DNA from: a virus
Lineage: Duplodnaviria > Caudoviricetes
Reading direction: 5' to 3' (one strand)
DNA length: 58,100 nt
Virus record (IMG/VR): IMGVR_UViG_3300049098_000053
Location: 1-58,100 of that record
Of this stretch, positions 28,301 through 36,207 are shown piece by piece. Below the pieces are notes generated by a model. That model was given only the letters and a program-made list of their open reading frames with translations, ran no database searches and was not told the origin of the DNA. How positions within the stretch are numbered: the stretch's first letter is position 1; every line of letters begins with the position of its first letter. Both the position numbers and the translations under genes were made by a program.

Positions 28301-29830
28301 GGTGTTGGCACACCTGCCGTCATGCGAATGGCCGATGCCGTCGATGGGTCGATGGAGTTCCAGCAGACCTACCAGTTTGGTGATACGTGGTCTCGTGTTC
28401 TGAACGAAAACCAGATGGACTTTATGGGTCCGATGGAAGTGTTCGAGTTCAACACCGGCACGACTATGGCCGAGCCGACCAACGGCGACATCCGGTTCAA
28501 TAGCGCCACGCCTGCATCAGTGACCGCGATTGCGGTCAGCGACAACGGCGCTCAGGGCAACACGAAGGATGCGACGTGGTTCTGGGACTCTCTCAGCGTC
28601 GGTGATTACCTGATCATCAAGAGCGACGTCGACATGGCTGACTACTGGATTCTTGAAGTAGACAGCATCACTGACAATACGACGTGGTATCAGATTGGCG
28701 TTACGGTGGTTCAGTCTGGGTCTCTGCCGTCGCAGAATGATCGTCTGGTTGCGTCGATCCAGTACCTCAGCGCAGCCGGCGGTGGTGGTGGCGTGAGTAA
28801 CCCACTGACCGCAGACCTTGACGGCGACGGATTCAACCTGGACGACATGGGCGTCATGTTCATGCGCGAGCAGGCGGCAGCTGATGCCGATGTCGCGGGG
28901 CAAGGTCAGATCTGGGTTGAGAACACGACATCCCCGGGGAATCGCCTCGGCTTTACTGATGATGCCGGCGGCGATGGCTTCTTTGGGGCGGCCGGCATAG
29001 AGCTTGCCGAGTCATCGGCCAGACCCTATGGCACTCCGGCCGCCGGGAACGGAATTCTCTGGATTAAAAACACCCCGGGCAATGAGATCGTGTACCAGTC
29101 GGACGTCGATCAGACGTTCGCGATGCTGAGTGTCACCAATGATTTCTATTACCAGTTCTCGACGACGACCACGGCCGCTGATCCTGGCTCTGGTTTCCTG
29201 AGATACGACAATGCCACGCCGGCCAGCATCACCAACATCTATGCCGATGTGCTTGACGTTACGGCTCTGGGCCATGCTAATCGGTGGGGCGATCTGGTTC
29301 GCGGCGACATCGTTGAGATCTTCAATCAAGACAACAACGGAGAGTTCCAGCGGTTCCGAGTCAATGGCACTCCGGTCGACAACACTGGCTGGTTCACTAT
29401 TCCGGTCGAGCCTCTCGACAATGGCACCCTTCACTCGAACAACGACAACATCCATGTCCAGTTCCACAAGTCTCCATCTAAGCTGCAGGACTACTCGATC
29501 GAGAATGTCTCGACGACTCCTACTGGCACAACCGAGACGCTGACCTACGAGGATGGCCCCGCCTTCGAGGTAGATCTCGAGAGCGTCACGGGCAACATCA
29601 CGATCACGATTTCCGGTGGCCCGCCGAGCGGTGACTACGGCCAGATAGTCTGCAAGGTCACGCAGGATTCTGCCGTGGCTCGCACGATCACATGGTCAGG
29701 CGGCACGTTCGAGTGGGCCGGTGGCACCGCGCATACGATGACGACGACGCTCAACGGCTTCTCGATCTTTACCTTCGAGACGTGGGATGGCGGCACGACA
29801 TGGTTCGCGGCCGGAGCGGACTATTCGTAA
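25379..29830 (+). CDS. Long modular tail fibre
   Basis: 1483 aa; four DPG..F...DNT.W modules; N- and C-terminal domains shared with 4947-6389. Confidence 0.8.
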   Translation: MVSNSTDRFNGVVASKAIKVPCAVATSADITLSGSQTIDGVLVSTGDRVLVRAQTNAAENGIYDVKDQAWDRAADWDGNRDIAQGTLITAFDSGGLASQYIVETADPITIGSTLVSIILYSQGATVSVEAGTITDAMLRFDGVDTYRQADRLRATAQGAEFRWYASNLTDYAEQTYVGMSAIFSLSNGSHGFEFQNDLSISGADFVVTSGDATISGTMEAGVVISEGALYLTEIAAADTDIAGKGQLFVRNDAPNVLVFRNDDGDEVELGGGGGGIMFDSWRYDQQFTGPTDPGSEEFRMSSGTPSVTTALYMSDTSLGGLDPDEVFTRLSVGGHLVMQDANRTSFLHYIITSVTDNTTWWQIGVEYAGGNGVLPGDQVDIQFEFFPNAYIVNGAAASNGHDLAWWDDSQLRWEGTGSGIRVNPVTPPTGGRLQFGSPGTTVRTNPNINMDYGVSGQGPVWRVEDSASATDNFGAFAAFNVSPAYLQYEIDDFPYMRLTSAGNVFFEDWQTQGGGANAGFFWQEKAAAAADVAGYGQLWVNSSDQGLYYTGEAGADVRLDVITPTFNTPLRVIGDTDGAPPASQTALLEFYDSDESDRQAYIGYNGSNDFVIRTAFANNGQDFSIFHGGDRILHNEGTGGRTFLEAGTGVTSDIYIRPNAGNDDGIRVMYQGAVELYHNDSLIAQTAAVTSGGFTVAQSVTGPGSQERVLTETDRSRGWPCTLYQFDTSTTASDPGNGNFRFDNATLGSITEMYVDDNNDNIQASDRLIEYLNAGDIISFHRVDANNLHTWFRVTGAPTDNTGWWTVPVEYLYGTGFAGTEVYTLFPFHLSQLEGVLPTSVTENALLTADASGGWVEDVDARFGSGNLDIYGIDDLAGGDRRVRFYRDDGTLAGQVGTGSGGNDLLIRNDLPGQGIRMNARNQADNGDTVLISFDPDNTTTLNAATTFNLSIGGSTSTLMGYSGAGGFTFKAVPGVGTPAVMRMADAVDGSMEFQQTYQFGDTWSRVLNENQMDFMGPMEVFEFNTGTTMAEPTNGDIRFNSATPASVTAIAVSDNGAQGNTKDATWFWDSLSVGDYLIIKSDVDMADYWILEVDSITDNTTWYQIGVTVVQSGSLPSQNDRLVASIQYLSAAGGGGGVSNPLTADLDGDGFNLDDMGVMFMREQAAADADVAGQGQIWVENTTSPGNRLGFTDDAGGDGFFGAAGIELAESSARPYGTPAAGNGILWIKNTPGNEIVYQSDVDQTFAMLSVTNDFYYQFSTTTTAADPGSGFLRYDNATPASITNIYADVLDVTALGHANRWGDLVRGDIVEIFNQDNNGEFQRFRVNGTPVDNTGWFTIPVEPLDNGTLHSNNDNIHVQFHKSPSKLQDYSIENVSTTPTGTTETLTYEDGPAFEVDLESVTGNITITISGGPPSGDYGQIVCKVTQDSAVARTITWSGGTFEWAGGTAHTMTTTLNGFSIFTFETWDGGTTWFAAGADYS

Positions 29831-30570
29831 TGTCATCAAACTTTGAGAAGCGCATATTCATGCCGCGCGGTCCGCTCGGGCCGACGACTGCCATGGGTGA
29901 CGGCAAAGAAAAGCGCATCATTCGCTGGTATCGCAGGGAGTGGGAGGAGTTCCTCGCTGAGGTCAGGGCTTACAAGCACGAGGTCGGCATCGCTTACCAC
30001 GATCTCCGGCTGTATCTGTTCGAGGAGCGACAGCGGTGCGCTCGTTGTCGCAAGACGCATGACGCGCTCAATCGGATTGCAGATCTAACGGTCAGGCATC
30101 CGGCGCTGCGCAGATACCAGCGCGGCATGCTGTCAGGCTTTGGCGTCAGGCGATCGGCTTGGGCTGCCGGTGACTGCTCCTTTACGGCCTCAGCAATCCC
30201 GACCTTTACCGACTTCTGCGTCAATCCTTGCGCGGCGCGCACCGCCGCCAGACTTCATAGCGATGGCGATTGGTACTACCAAGCCGGCACGGGCTTTGGT
30301 CCGTCAGATGGAACGTGGCAGGGTGACTGCGCGGTCGCGGACTACGACACGCGCCACGTAAAAAACAGCGGCGATAATTCCAACTACCTAACGTCGGGCG
30401 TCAACGCGACATGGTCGGCGGCCTCAACTTCCAAGGCGGTCGGTTACGATCAAAACGGCTTTGGCATTCTCTCGGGTAATTTCGACCTAGAATGCAGGGA
30501 TGGAACGAGCCTTACCGTGCTGTTCACCGACAACTTCACAATGAACGCCGAAGTGGATGCAAAAAACTGA
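29830..30570 (+). CDS. Putative fibre-tip adhesin with basic N-terminal leader
   Basis: Coupled to the fibre stop; C-terminal beta domain similar to 6389-6847. Confidence 0.55.
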   Translation: MSSNFEKRIFMPRGPLGPTTAMGDGKEKRIIRWYRREWEEFLAEVRAYKHEVGIAYHDLRLYLFEERQRCARCRKTHDALNRIADLTVRHPALRRYQRGMLSGFGVRRSAWAAGDCSFTASAIPTFTDFCVNPCAARTAARLHSDGDWYYQAGTGFGPSDGTWQGDCAVADYDTRHVKNSGDNSNYLTSGVNATWSAASTSKAVGYDQNGFGILSGNFDLECRDGTSLTVLFTDNFTMNAEVDAKN

Positions 30571-31208
30571 TGATTATTTCTCATAGCAAGGGGGTCTGCT
30601 TCTGGAAGATACCCCGCACCGGGAGCTCAAATGTCGAGATGATTCTGCGTCTGACTGCAGGGCTGGATTACAGCCAGGATGTCGTCGCGCGGACGAACTT
30701 CTACGATCACTCTCACAATTTCAGCACCATGCCAGACACCGCGGACGGAGTTCCCGGGGACCGGCGAGCCCACATCACGCCGCAGACGGCCATCGACAAC
30801 GGGTTCCTGACGCTGGCGCAATACAATGCCTACGATCACTACTGCATCGTTCGGGATCCGGTCGATCGTTTTATATCGACAATCCATCTGGCCCTGCCCG
30901 GTCAGGCCGAGGGTTTCAATGTTGGGGATCTGGTCCAGTTCATGCAGCAGCACATGAGCGAGGCGCACTACCGCCCGCAGGTCGAGTGGCTCACGCTCGG
31001 CAACATCAATGCGCTGCCGTTCTCTGACTACGAGAATAGCGTCAACACGATCCTGACTGCCTTCGGGGCGCCGATCCCGGCCGGCGGTCTGCCTCGAGTG
31101 TCGCGGTCGCACTGGCGCTTCCTGGACATCGTGAAGCAGATCCCAGATCAGGCGCAGCGCGGACTCATTCGGGCCTTCTGGTCAGCTGATTCAGGACTTT
31201 CGACATGA
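30570..31208 (+). CDS. Sulfotransferase family 2-like protein
   Basis: MIISH..FWKIPRTGSSNV (5'-PSB-like) and IVRDPVDRFIS (3'-PB-like) motifs. Confidence 0.78.
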   Translation: MIISHSKGVCFWKIPRTGSSNVEMILRLTAGLDYSQDVVARTNFYDHSHNFSTMPDTADGVPGDRRAHITPQTAIDNGFLTLAQYNAYDHYCIVRDPVDRFISTIHLALPGQAEGFNVGDLVQFMQQHMSEAHYRPQVEWLTLGNINALPFSDYENSVNTILTAFGAPIPAGGLPRVSRSHWRFLDIVKQIPDQAQRGLIRAFWSADSGLST

Positions 31209-31663
31209 CTACATTCACGCGAGATCACATATTCGATTTGGCCGAGAGATTCTCTGGCACCGAGGAGATGGCAGGCAAGGTCGACAACCCCGCAATCATG
31301 GCCATGCTCAGGCTCGACAACAAATGGCCCTCGAACGACGAGGTCCCGTGGTGCTCAGCCTTTGCGAACTACATCGCGTGGCTGGCCCGGGCGCCGAGGT
31401 CCAAGGATCTCAGGGCTCGCAGCTGGCTGAGAGTAGGCCGCGGCATCAACCTGGATCAGGCCGAGCCGGGTGACGTGGTGATCATCAAGCGTGGCACTGG
31501 CGAGCAGCCGGGGCCCGAGGTCATTGACGCTCAGGGCCATGTCGGTTTCTACGCCGGCATGTTCCACGGGTTCATCGAGATCCTCGGCGGCAACCAAAGC
31601 GACACCGTCAAGATTTCACGGTATCCTGTCCAGCGTCTACTGGGAGTACGGAGGCTCCTCTAA
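31205..31663 (+). CDS. Endolysin, NlpC/P60 (TIGR02594-type) peptidase
   Basis: DEVPWCSAF, ARSW, GHVGF, LGGNQSD motifs. Confidence 0.88.
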   Translation: MTTFTRDHIFDLAERFSGTEEMAGKVDNPAIMAMLRLDNKWPSNDEVPWCSAFANYIAWLARAPRSKDLRARSWLRVGRGINLDQAEPGDVVIIKRGTGEQPGPEVIDAQGHVGFYAGMFHGFIEILGGNQSDTVKISRYPVQRLLGVRRLL

Positions 31664-32064
31664 TGAAACGGACGCTGCAATGGATTGTGGCAATCGTTCT
31701 CCTCGGCAGCCTGACGATTCAGGCCGACCCGTTCAAAACGTGGAACTGGACGGACCCGGCCGAGTACGAGAATGGCTCGATCATTCCTGAGACCGACGAC
31801 TTATCGTTCCGACTCAAGTGCGGCACGACCCTGGGCGGTCCCTACGATCTCTATGAAACATTGCTGACTGAGCCGGCGCCGTCCGTGCAGGACATGGGGC
31901 CGCTGGTATCCAACACGCCGGGGACCTACTACTGCATAGCCACGGCAACGAGCTCGCTGCACAACACGGAGTCGGCACCGAGCAACGAGGTAAATTTCAC
32001 TGTGCTTCCGGGGGATCTGGGTTTGCGCCCGAAACCTCCTGTACTGTCACTCGGAAGCGGGTAG
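31663..32064 (+). CDS. Exported FN3/Ig-like protein
   Basis: Signal peptide; PGTYYCIATA...ESAPSNEV FN3-like motif. Confidence 0.65.
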   Translation: MKRTLQWIVAIVLLGSLTIQADPFKTWNWTDPAEYENGSIIPETDDLSFRLKCGTTLGGPYDLYETLLTEPAPSVQDMGPLVSNTPGTYYCIATATSSLHNTESAPSNEVNFTVLPGDLGLRPKPPVLSLGSG

Positions 32065-32093
32065 GATCGGGCTGTACTTTTTGGAGATGATCT

Positions 32094-32453
32094 ATGTCTA
32101 TCGCAGCAAAGAAACCCGGCTTTGATAACAGCGCCGGCAACCGTAACCGCCGGGTCGGCCGGTTCCAGAACAACGCAAACCGCACCGCCAATCGGCACCG
32201 TGCCGTGCGCGACATCACGATCGCGTCGGTCTTGCCTGACCAGTTCACCGACTCTGGCAACCGCTTCGCGCAGTTCCGCTCGGGTGAGTTCATCGAGGCG
32301 CAGCTATTTGTCGCCCAGGATGGCACCTACGAGGTCGACACGGCTGTCGCCGGCCAGATCGACACGATCGAGCAGACCATTACGGCCGAGGGTGCTGGCG
32401 CAGATGTCAGGATCAAGACGCTGGACAATAGGCGAGACTCAAGGTTCAGCTAG
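32094..32453 (+). CDS. Hypothetical protein; stand-alone copy of the 996-aa protein's repeat module
   Basis: GGAG RBS; PDQFTDSGNRFAQFRSGE resembles PDTIGDTNSGFGIFAVGE. Confidence 0.6.
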   Translation: MSIAAKKPGFDNSAGNRNRRVGRFQNNANRTANRHRAVRDITIASVLPDQFTDSGNRFAQFRSGEFIEAQLFVAQDGTYEVDTAVAGQIDTIEQTITAEGAGADVRIKTLDNRRDSRFS

Positions 32454-32503
32454 AATTTTTCGGTCAAACCTGTAGAAATTGTCCATACAATTAGGAGGCA
32501 AGG

Positions 32504-32689
32504 ATGCCTAACAGACCATCAAGCACGATCACGGCGGCCACGCTCGCCGGCATGGCGGCGGCTCTTATCTGGGAACTCGTCGCTACATTCTCGACGGTGG
32601 AGCCTACGGCTGGCCTGATCGCCGGATCGACTGCGCTCGCGTCTGGTGTCGTCGGCTACCTCAAGCGTGAAAAGGTCCTGACCAAGTGA
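32504..32689 (+). CDS. Putative holin
   Basis: 61 aa, two hydrophobic segments, basic C-terminus, within the lysis cassette. Confidence 0.6.
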   Translation: MPNRPSSTITAATLAGMAAALIWELVATFSTVEPTAGLIAGSTALASGVVGYLKREKVLTK

Positions 32690-32979
32690 ACAAGTGGCTG
32701 CTGGCGATCGGCGCGTTCCTGGCTGCGGTCGGGTTCGCGATCATCTCTCGTCCTGAGCGCCAGCTGAAAAAGGTGGAGCACCAGCGCGACCAGCTGCTCC
32801 ACGACAACACGAAAAGGGCGCAGGTCAAAGCCGAGCAGTTGGGCAAGAAAGCTGATAAATTGCAGGCCAAAGCCAAAGAGGCCGAGCAAGTGGGCAAGGC
32901 CACAGTCGACAAGGTAGGGACTCAAGGTGAGACGGTTAGCAGCATTCTTGATTCTTGGAGCAAGCCTGCAGGGGTGTAG
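32686..32979 (+). CDS. Putative i-spanin (Rz-like)
   Basis: N-terminal TM segment followed by coiled coil. Confidence 0.6.
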   Translation: MNKWLLAIGAFLAAVGFAIISRPERQLKKVEHQRDQLLHDNTKRAQVKAEQLGKKADKLQAKAKEAEQVGKATVDKVGTQGETVSSILDSWSKPAGV

Positions 32980-33355
32980 CACCGCCCCGATCCAGCCGCC
33001 ATCGTGCGAGGTTCCCGAGGCACTGGCTGAAATCGCAGCCATGCAGAGCGTCCCTGAGATGCCCTCTGCCGTCCGCTCGGACGACGAGACCGCTACGTTC
33101 GACCTCGAGGGCTTACTGCAATTCCAGCGCCTACGCGCAGCCTCGCTGGCCAATAAGGAGGTTGGCGACCTTAACGCTGCAGCCCTGCAAGCTCGCAACG
33201 ATGAGGTCAACGCACTGATCGAGTGCGTCCGGCATCAAAATGTATGGATGGAAGTGCGCGAGGAGATGCTCCAACAGGAGCGGCAGGCGCACCAGATCGA
33301 TAACCTATGGCACCGGGCCCTGATCGCTCTCGGTGTCGCGGCAGCATTACTATGA
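32927..33355 (+). CDS. Putative o-spanin lipoprotein (Rz1-like)
   Basis: Lipobox-like LQGC after a signal peptide; overlaps the i-spanin 3' end; additional hydrophobic C-terminus. Confidence 0.6.
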   Translation: MRRLAAFLILGASLQGCSTAPIQPPSCEVPEALAEIAAMQSVPEMPSAVRSDDETATFDLEGLLQFQRLRAASLANKEVGDLNAAALQARNDEVNALIECVRHQNVWMEVREEMLQQERQAHQIDNLWHRALIALGVAAALL

Positions 33356-34278
33356 AATTTTGCACATCAAGAAACCTACTGATCATTCTCGTGGCACTGG
33401 CCCTGATCACTGTGGCCGGCACTCGCTATGCTTTCGCATGGGACGATGAGGAGTGTGACCATCCCAGATTCGTCGAGATCGGGTGCGAGATGCCCGGGCC
33501 TCCTGGGCCACCGGGACCGCCGGGGCCGGCCGGACCGCCGGGACCTGCCGGACCACCGGGACCTGCCGGACCACCGGGGCCGGCTGGACCACCGGGGCCG
33601 CCGGGGCCACAGGGACCACCGGGCGAGGTTCCTACCGAGTGGATCACCGAGACAAACAACACGTTCAACATCCACAACAAGTGGATCACCGCTGCTCGGG
33701 ACGCTATCGCTGCAGACTCGGCGGTGCAGGTGTTCCTGCCTCAGCACCAGTCGCAGCGCATCACATTCAGCGGCGTCAGGATCAACAACACCACGGGCGT
33801 CGGTGTCGGCTATGCCTACATGCTGGATAGCGACAATCGCACGGCCCTGACGCTCTCAGTTGGCCACGCTGGCGATGAGACCGCCATCCGTGGGTCGGTT
33901 GGCTTCGAGTTTGGCGGGGACCGTCGCATGAAGATCGACATGTCGGAACTGGTCCCCGTTACCCCTACCCCTACCCCTACCACTTACGAGCCGCCTCCCG
34001 GCACCGTGTTAATTTATGCCGATGAATTGGAGGAGCTCGAGCTCATGGCCCAGAGCAGCGAGGAGGTCGAGGACCATCTCGAGCAGGCCGAGTATCGCTA
34101 CGCGCAGCAGCAGAATCAGATCGATGCCCTCGAGGCCGAGCACGAGGAAGATGCCGCGGAAATCGAGCGACTAAAGCAAGAGGCGGCGGCCTTACGCGAG
34201 CGGCAGGAAGCCGACGAGGAGCTCCGCGAGTCAGTGCGGCAGCGGATCTTGGACAAGAGGAAAGGCGATGAAAAATGA
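33352..34278 (+). CDS. Secreted collagen-repeat protein with YadA-like anchor and C-terminal coiled coil
   Basis: Signal peptide, 15 Gly-X-Y triplets, AIAADSAV helix plus four beta strands ending GSVGFEF. Confidence 0.7.
   Translation: MKFCTSRNLLIILVALALITVAGTRYAFAWDDEECDHPRFVEIGCEMPGPPGPPGPPGPAGPPGPAGPPGPAGPPGPAGPPGPPGPQGPPGEVPTEWITETNNTFNIHNKWITAARDAIAADSAVQVFLPQHQSQRITFSGVRINNTTGVGVGYAYMLDSDNRTALTLSVGHAGDETAIRGSVGFEFGGDRRMKIDMSELVPVTPTPTPTTYEPPPGTVLIYADELEELELMAQSSEEVEDHLEQAEYRYAQQQNQIDALEAEHEEDAAEIERLKQEAAALRERQEADEELRESVRQRILDKRKGDEK
33496..33630 (+). repeat. Collagen-like 9-bp (Gly-Pro-X) tandem repeat
   Basis: ggaccaccg/gggccgccg/ggacctgcc units. Confidence 0.95.
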
Positions 34279-34558
34279 GATCGTGAGCAACATCGTCGTC
34301 TCAGTGGCGACGGCTGTCGTCCTGGGCCTTGGCGCGTGGGTGCTTGGCGTGTTCGACAAGGCCGAGGTAGCGGCCGATAAAGAGCTCATCCGAGCGGTCA
34401 TCGAGGAGGAGCTCAAGACTGACGCCGGCAAGACCTACAAGGCTCGGCTGGCCGAGGTCGGTAGTCAGATAACCGTGCTCGAGACGAGGGTTGACGGCAT
34501 TCGCAGCGACGTCGAGGATCTCGAGGATATTGCGCTGGACCTGGCTGGCGGTAACTGA
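34268..34558 (+). CDS. Membrane-anchored coiled-coil protein
   Basis: N-terminal TM segment, heptad C-terminus. Confidence 0.7.
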   Translation: MKNEIVSNIVVSVATAVVLGLGAWVLGVFDKAEVAADKELIRAVIEEELKTDAGKTYKARLAEVGSQITVLETRVDGIRSDVEDLEDIALDLAGGN

Positions 34559-34758
34559 TGAACCTGTCTCCGGAGATCTGGGCCATCGTCATCCAGACGA
34601 TTGTTCTGATCGGCGGTTTCGTAGTGTTCATGCTCCGTCGTGAGCACCGTATCACCAAGGTCGAGGGCCGCGTCGATAACCTCGAGGACGCGGTCAGGCC
34701 GATCCCCGGCATCTCCCGCCACCTTGCCGAGCTCAAGGGCAGGCTCCACAAGCAATAA
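34558..34758 (+). CDS. Small membrane protein (single TM plus coiled coil; holin-like)
   Basis: TM segment then RITKVEGRV. Confidence 0.6.
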   Translation: MNLSPEIWAIVIQTIVLIGGFVVFMLRREHRITKVEGRVDNLEDAVRPIPGISRHLAELKGRLHKQ

Positions 34759-34790
34759 AAAAGGCCCCGCTAACGGTCGGGGCCTTTTCC
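34757..34790. terminator. Bidirectional intrinsic terminator
   Basis: AAAAGGCCCCG-loop-CGGGGCCTTTT between convergent operons. Confidence 0.85.
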
Positions 34791-34846
34791 CTACTTTTTG
34801 CAGGCCGGCTCAGGAATCCGGCATCCGTCTTTGACGCGAGGAGCGT

Positions 34847-35134
34847 CTAGGAATCAGGTGTCACAGCACTCGCTCTGGGTGCAGAGTCCCACGCTGCATG
34901 CGCTTTGTCCAGTATCGCCTCGGGATCCTGGGTGTGACCGCGCAGGAAGTCCATGCCCCAGACGCCACAGGTGCCGCACGTCGCGCGGCCGACCTTGCCC
35001 TGTTGAGGGACCTCGAGGAGCAGCTGCTCTGGGACCACGCCGCACGGACAGGCCTTGAACTCTCGCTTCTCTGGTTGTTCCTGCTTGGCACCACTTGCTG
35101 CAGCCTCAGCGGCCTGTTCAATCGTCTCGCTCAA
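34847..35134 (-). CDS. Zn-finger-like hypothetical protein
   Basis: CPCG and CGTC; Lar-like layout ending AAWDSAPR. Confidence 0.65.
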   Translation of the reverse strand: MSETIEQAAEAAASGAKQEQPEKREFKACPCGVVPEQLLLEVPQQGKVGRATCGTCGVWGMDFLRGHTQDPEAILDKAHAAWDSAPRASAVTPDS

Positions 35135-35360
35135 TTTCTTTCTCCTCGAGCTCCCACTTGAGCTCGTAGTAGTCGATCCAATCCTGCGCGGTCATCCTGC
35201 AGCTGGATCGCTTAATGCAGGCGCGGTATGCGTGGTAGGTTCTGGCGGCCTCCTCGGCCGAGGGCGAGGGATCATACAGCACCCCGCTCCATACACCGCA
35301 AATGTAGGCGGCAACGAGTAGCACCACAACCTCCAAGGAGTTGACCTCGTATTTTCTCAT
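35118..35360 (-). CDS. Hypothetical membrane protein
   Basis: ATG coupled to the upstream stop; TM segment. Confidence 0.6.
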   Translation of the reverse strand: MRKYEVNSLEVVVLLVAAYICGVWSGVLYDPSPSAEEAARTYHAYRACIKRSSCRMTAQDWIDYYELKWELEEKEIERDD

Positions 35361-35560
35361 GCCAGTCCAGCCTCCTCGAGCATGTAGTCGACATCCTCCT
35401 CCCAGAAACCCTGCCCCTTGGCGCTGCCGTAGAGGATCGCTTTCAGCCTCTCGAAGTCCTCGTATGAGACCCACTCGCCGGTCTCGCTCTCCTCCATGTG
35501 GCAGGTAGCGTCACCGTGGTTGTGGAACTCCGTCTCAATGTCGTAGCGTTTGACGGTCAT
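35357..35560 (-). CDS. Hypothetical protein flanked by 22-bp direct repeats
   Basis: MTVKRYD..GEWVSYED; ends EEAGLA like the upstream YqaJ. Confidence 0.7.
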   Translation of the reverse strand: MTVKRYDIETEFHNHGDATCHMEESETGEWVSYEDFERLKAILYGSAKGQGFWEEDVDYMLEEAGLA

Positions 35561-36207
35561 GCCAGTCCAGCCTCCTCGTAGCACTCCGCGATGAACAGCT
35601 TGCACCGTTCCTCCATGGCGTCGATCAACTTCTGGTCGCGCGGGATCCAGGAGACGTGCAACTTCTGGGCGATGCCGCCCTCGAGGTTCGTGCCGATGTA
35701 GTAGTTCGCAAAGCCCCACGTCTGGAATCCGGTGAGCATCATAAAGCCTTGGACTTGGTGCCGGTTCTCGGCAGGGCAAGCCCTGATCGTTCCCTCGTGC
35801 TCCTCGGCCATGTCGCGGAATTTGCGATAGTTTTTGTAAAGGGCGCGGCATTTGATCTCGACGCCGCGATCGTAGTTGGGCAGGTGCATCATGTCAGGCG
35901 AGCCGCCGAGCCAGTCGTACTTGTCGCTCACGAGAAACACGTCATGCTCAGTCTCGAGCTCGTACTTCCACTCGTAGGCGCCGATCGCCCGGGGCTCATT
36001 CTCCCGGCCGTGGTCGGCCCACTGTGGATTCTCCTCGACGTGGCGGTAGCCGAGCATCTCTTTGACCTTCTCGTTCTGGTACTTCTGGTATCGCTTCGTC
36101 GACGGCTTCGCCATGACATCTGCCAGCCTCGAGCAGGTGATCCGATTGCGACGAACGTCGAACCACTCCTCGGATCCCTGCTCTACCGTAATGATCCTGC
36201 AGTCCAT
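35557..36207 (-). CDS. YqaJ-like (lambda exonuclease family) nuclease
   Basis: EQGSEEWFDVR, G.ENEP.A, GGSPD, VEIKC, QVQG.M motifs. Confidence 0.9.
   Translation of the reverse strand: MDCRIITVEQGSEEWFDVRRNRITCSRLADVMAKPSTKRYQKYQNEKVKEMLGYRHVEENPQWADHGRENEPRAIGAYEWKYELETEHDVFLVSDKYDWLGGSPDMMHLPNYDRGVEIKCRALYKNYRKFRDMAEEHEGTIRACPAENRHQVQGFMMLTGFQTWGFANYYIGTNLEGGIAQKLHVSWIPRDQKLIDAMEERCKLFIAECYEEAGLA

Noticed and set aside
4947-30570. Diversity-generating retroelement, given the BPP-1-like architecture and paralogous fibres
   Set aside because: No reverse transcriptase recognised and no near-identical TR/VR pair differing at adenines was seen; paralogy is at the protein level
33496-33630. Tandem repeat as a CRISPR array or regulatory repeat
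   Set aside because: 9-bp period, in frame, encodes Gly-Pro-X; no spacers
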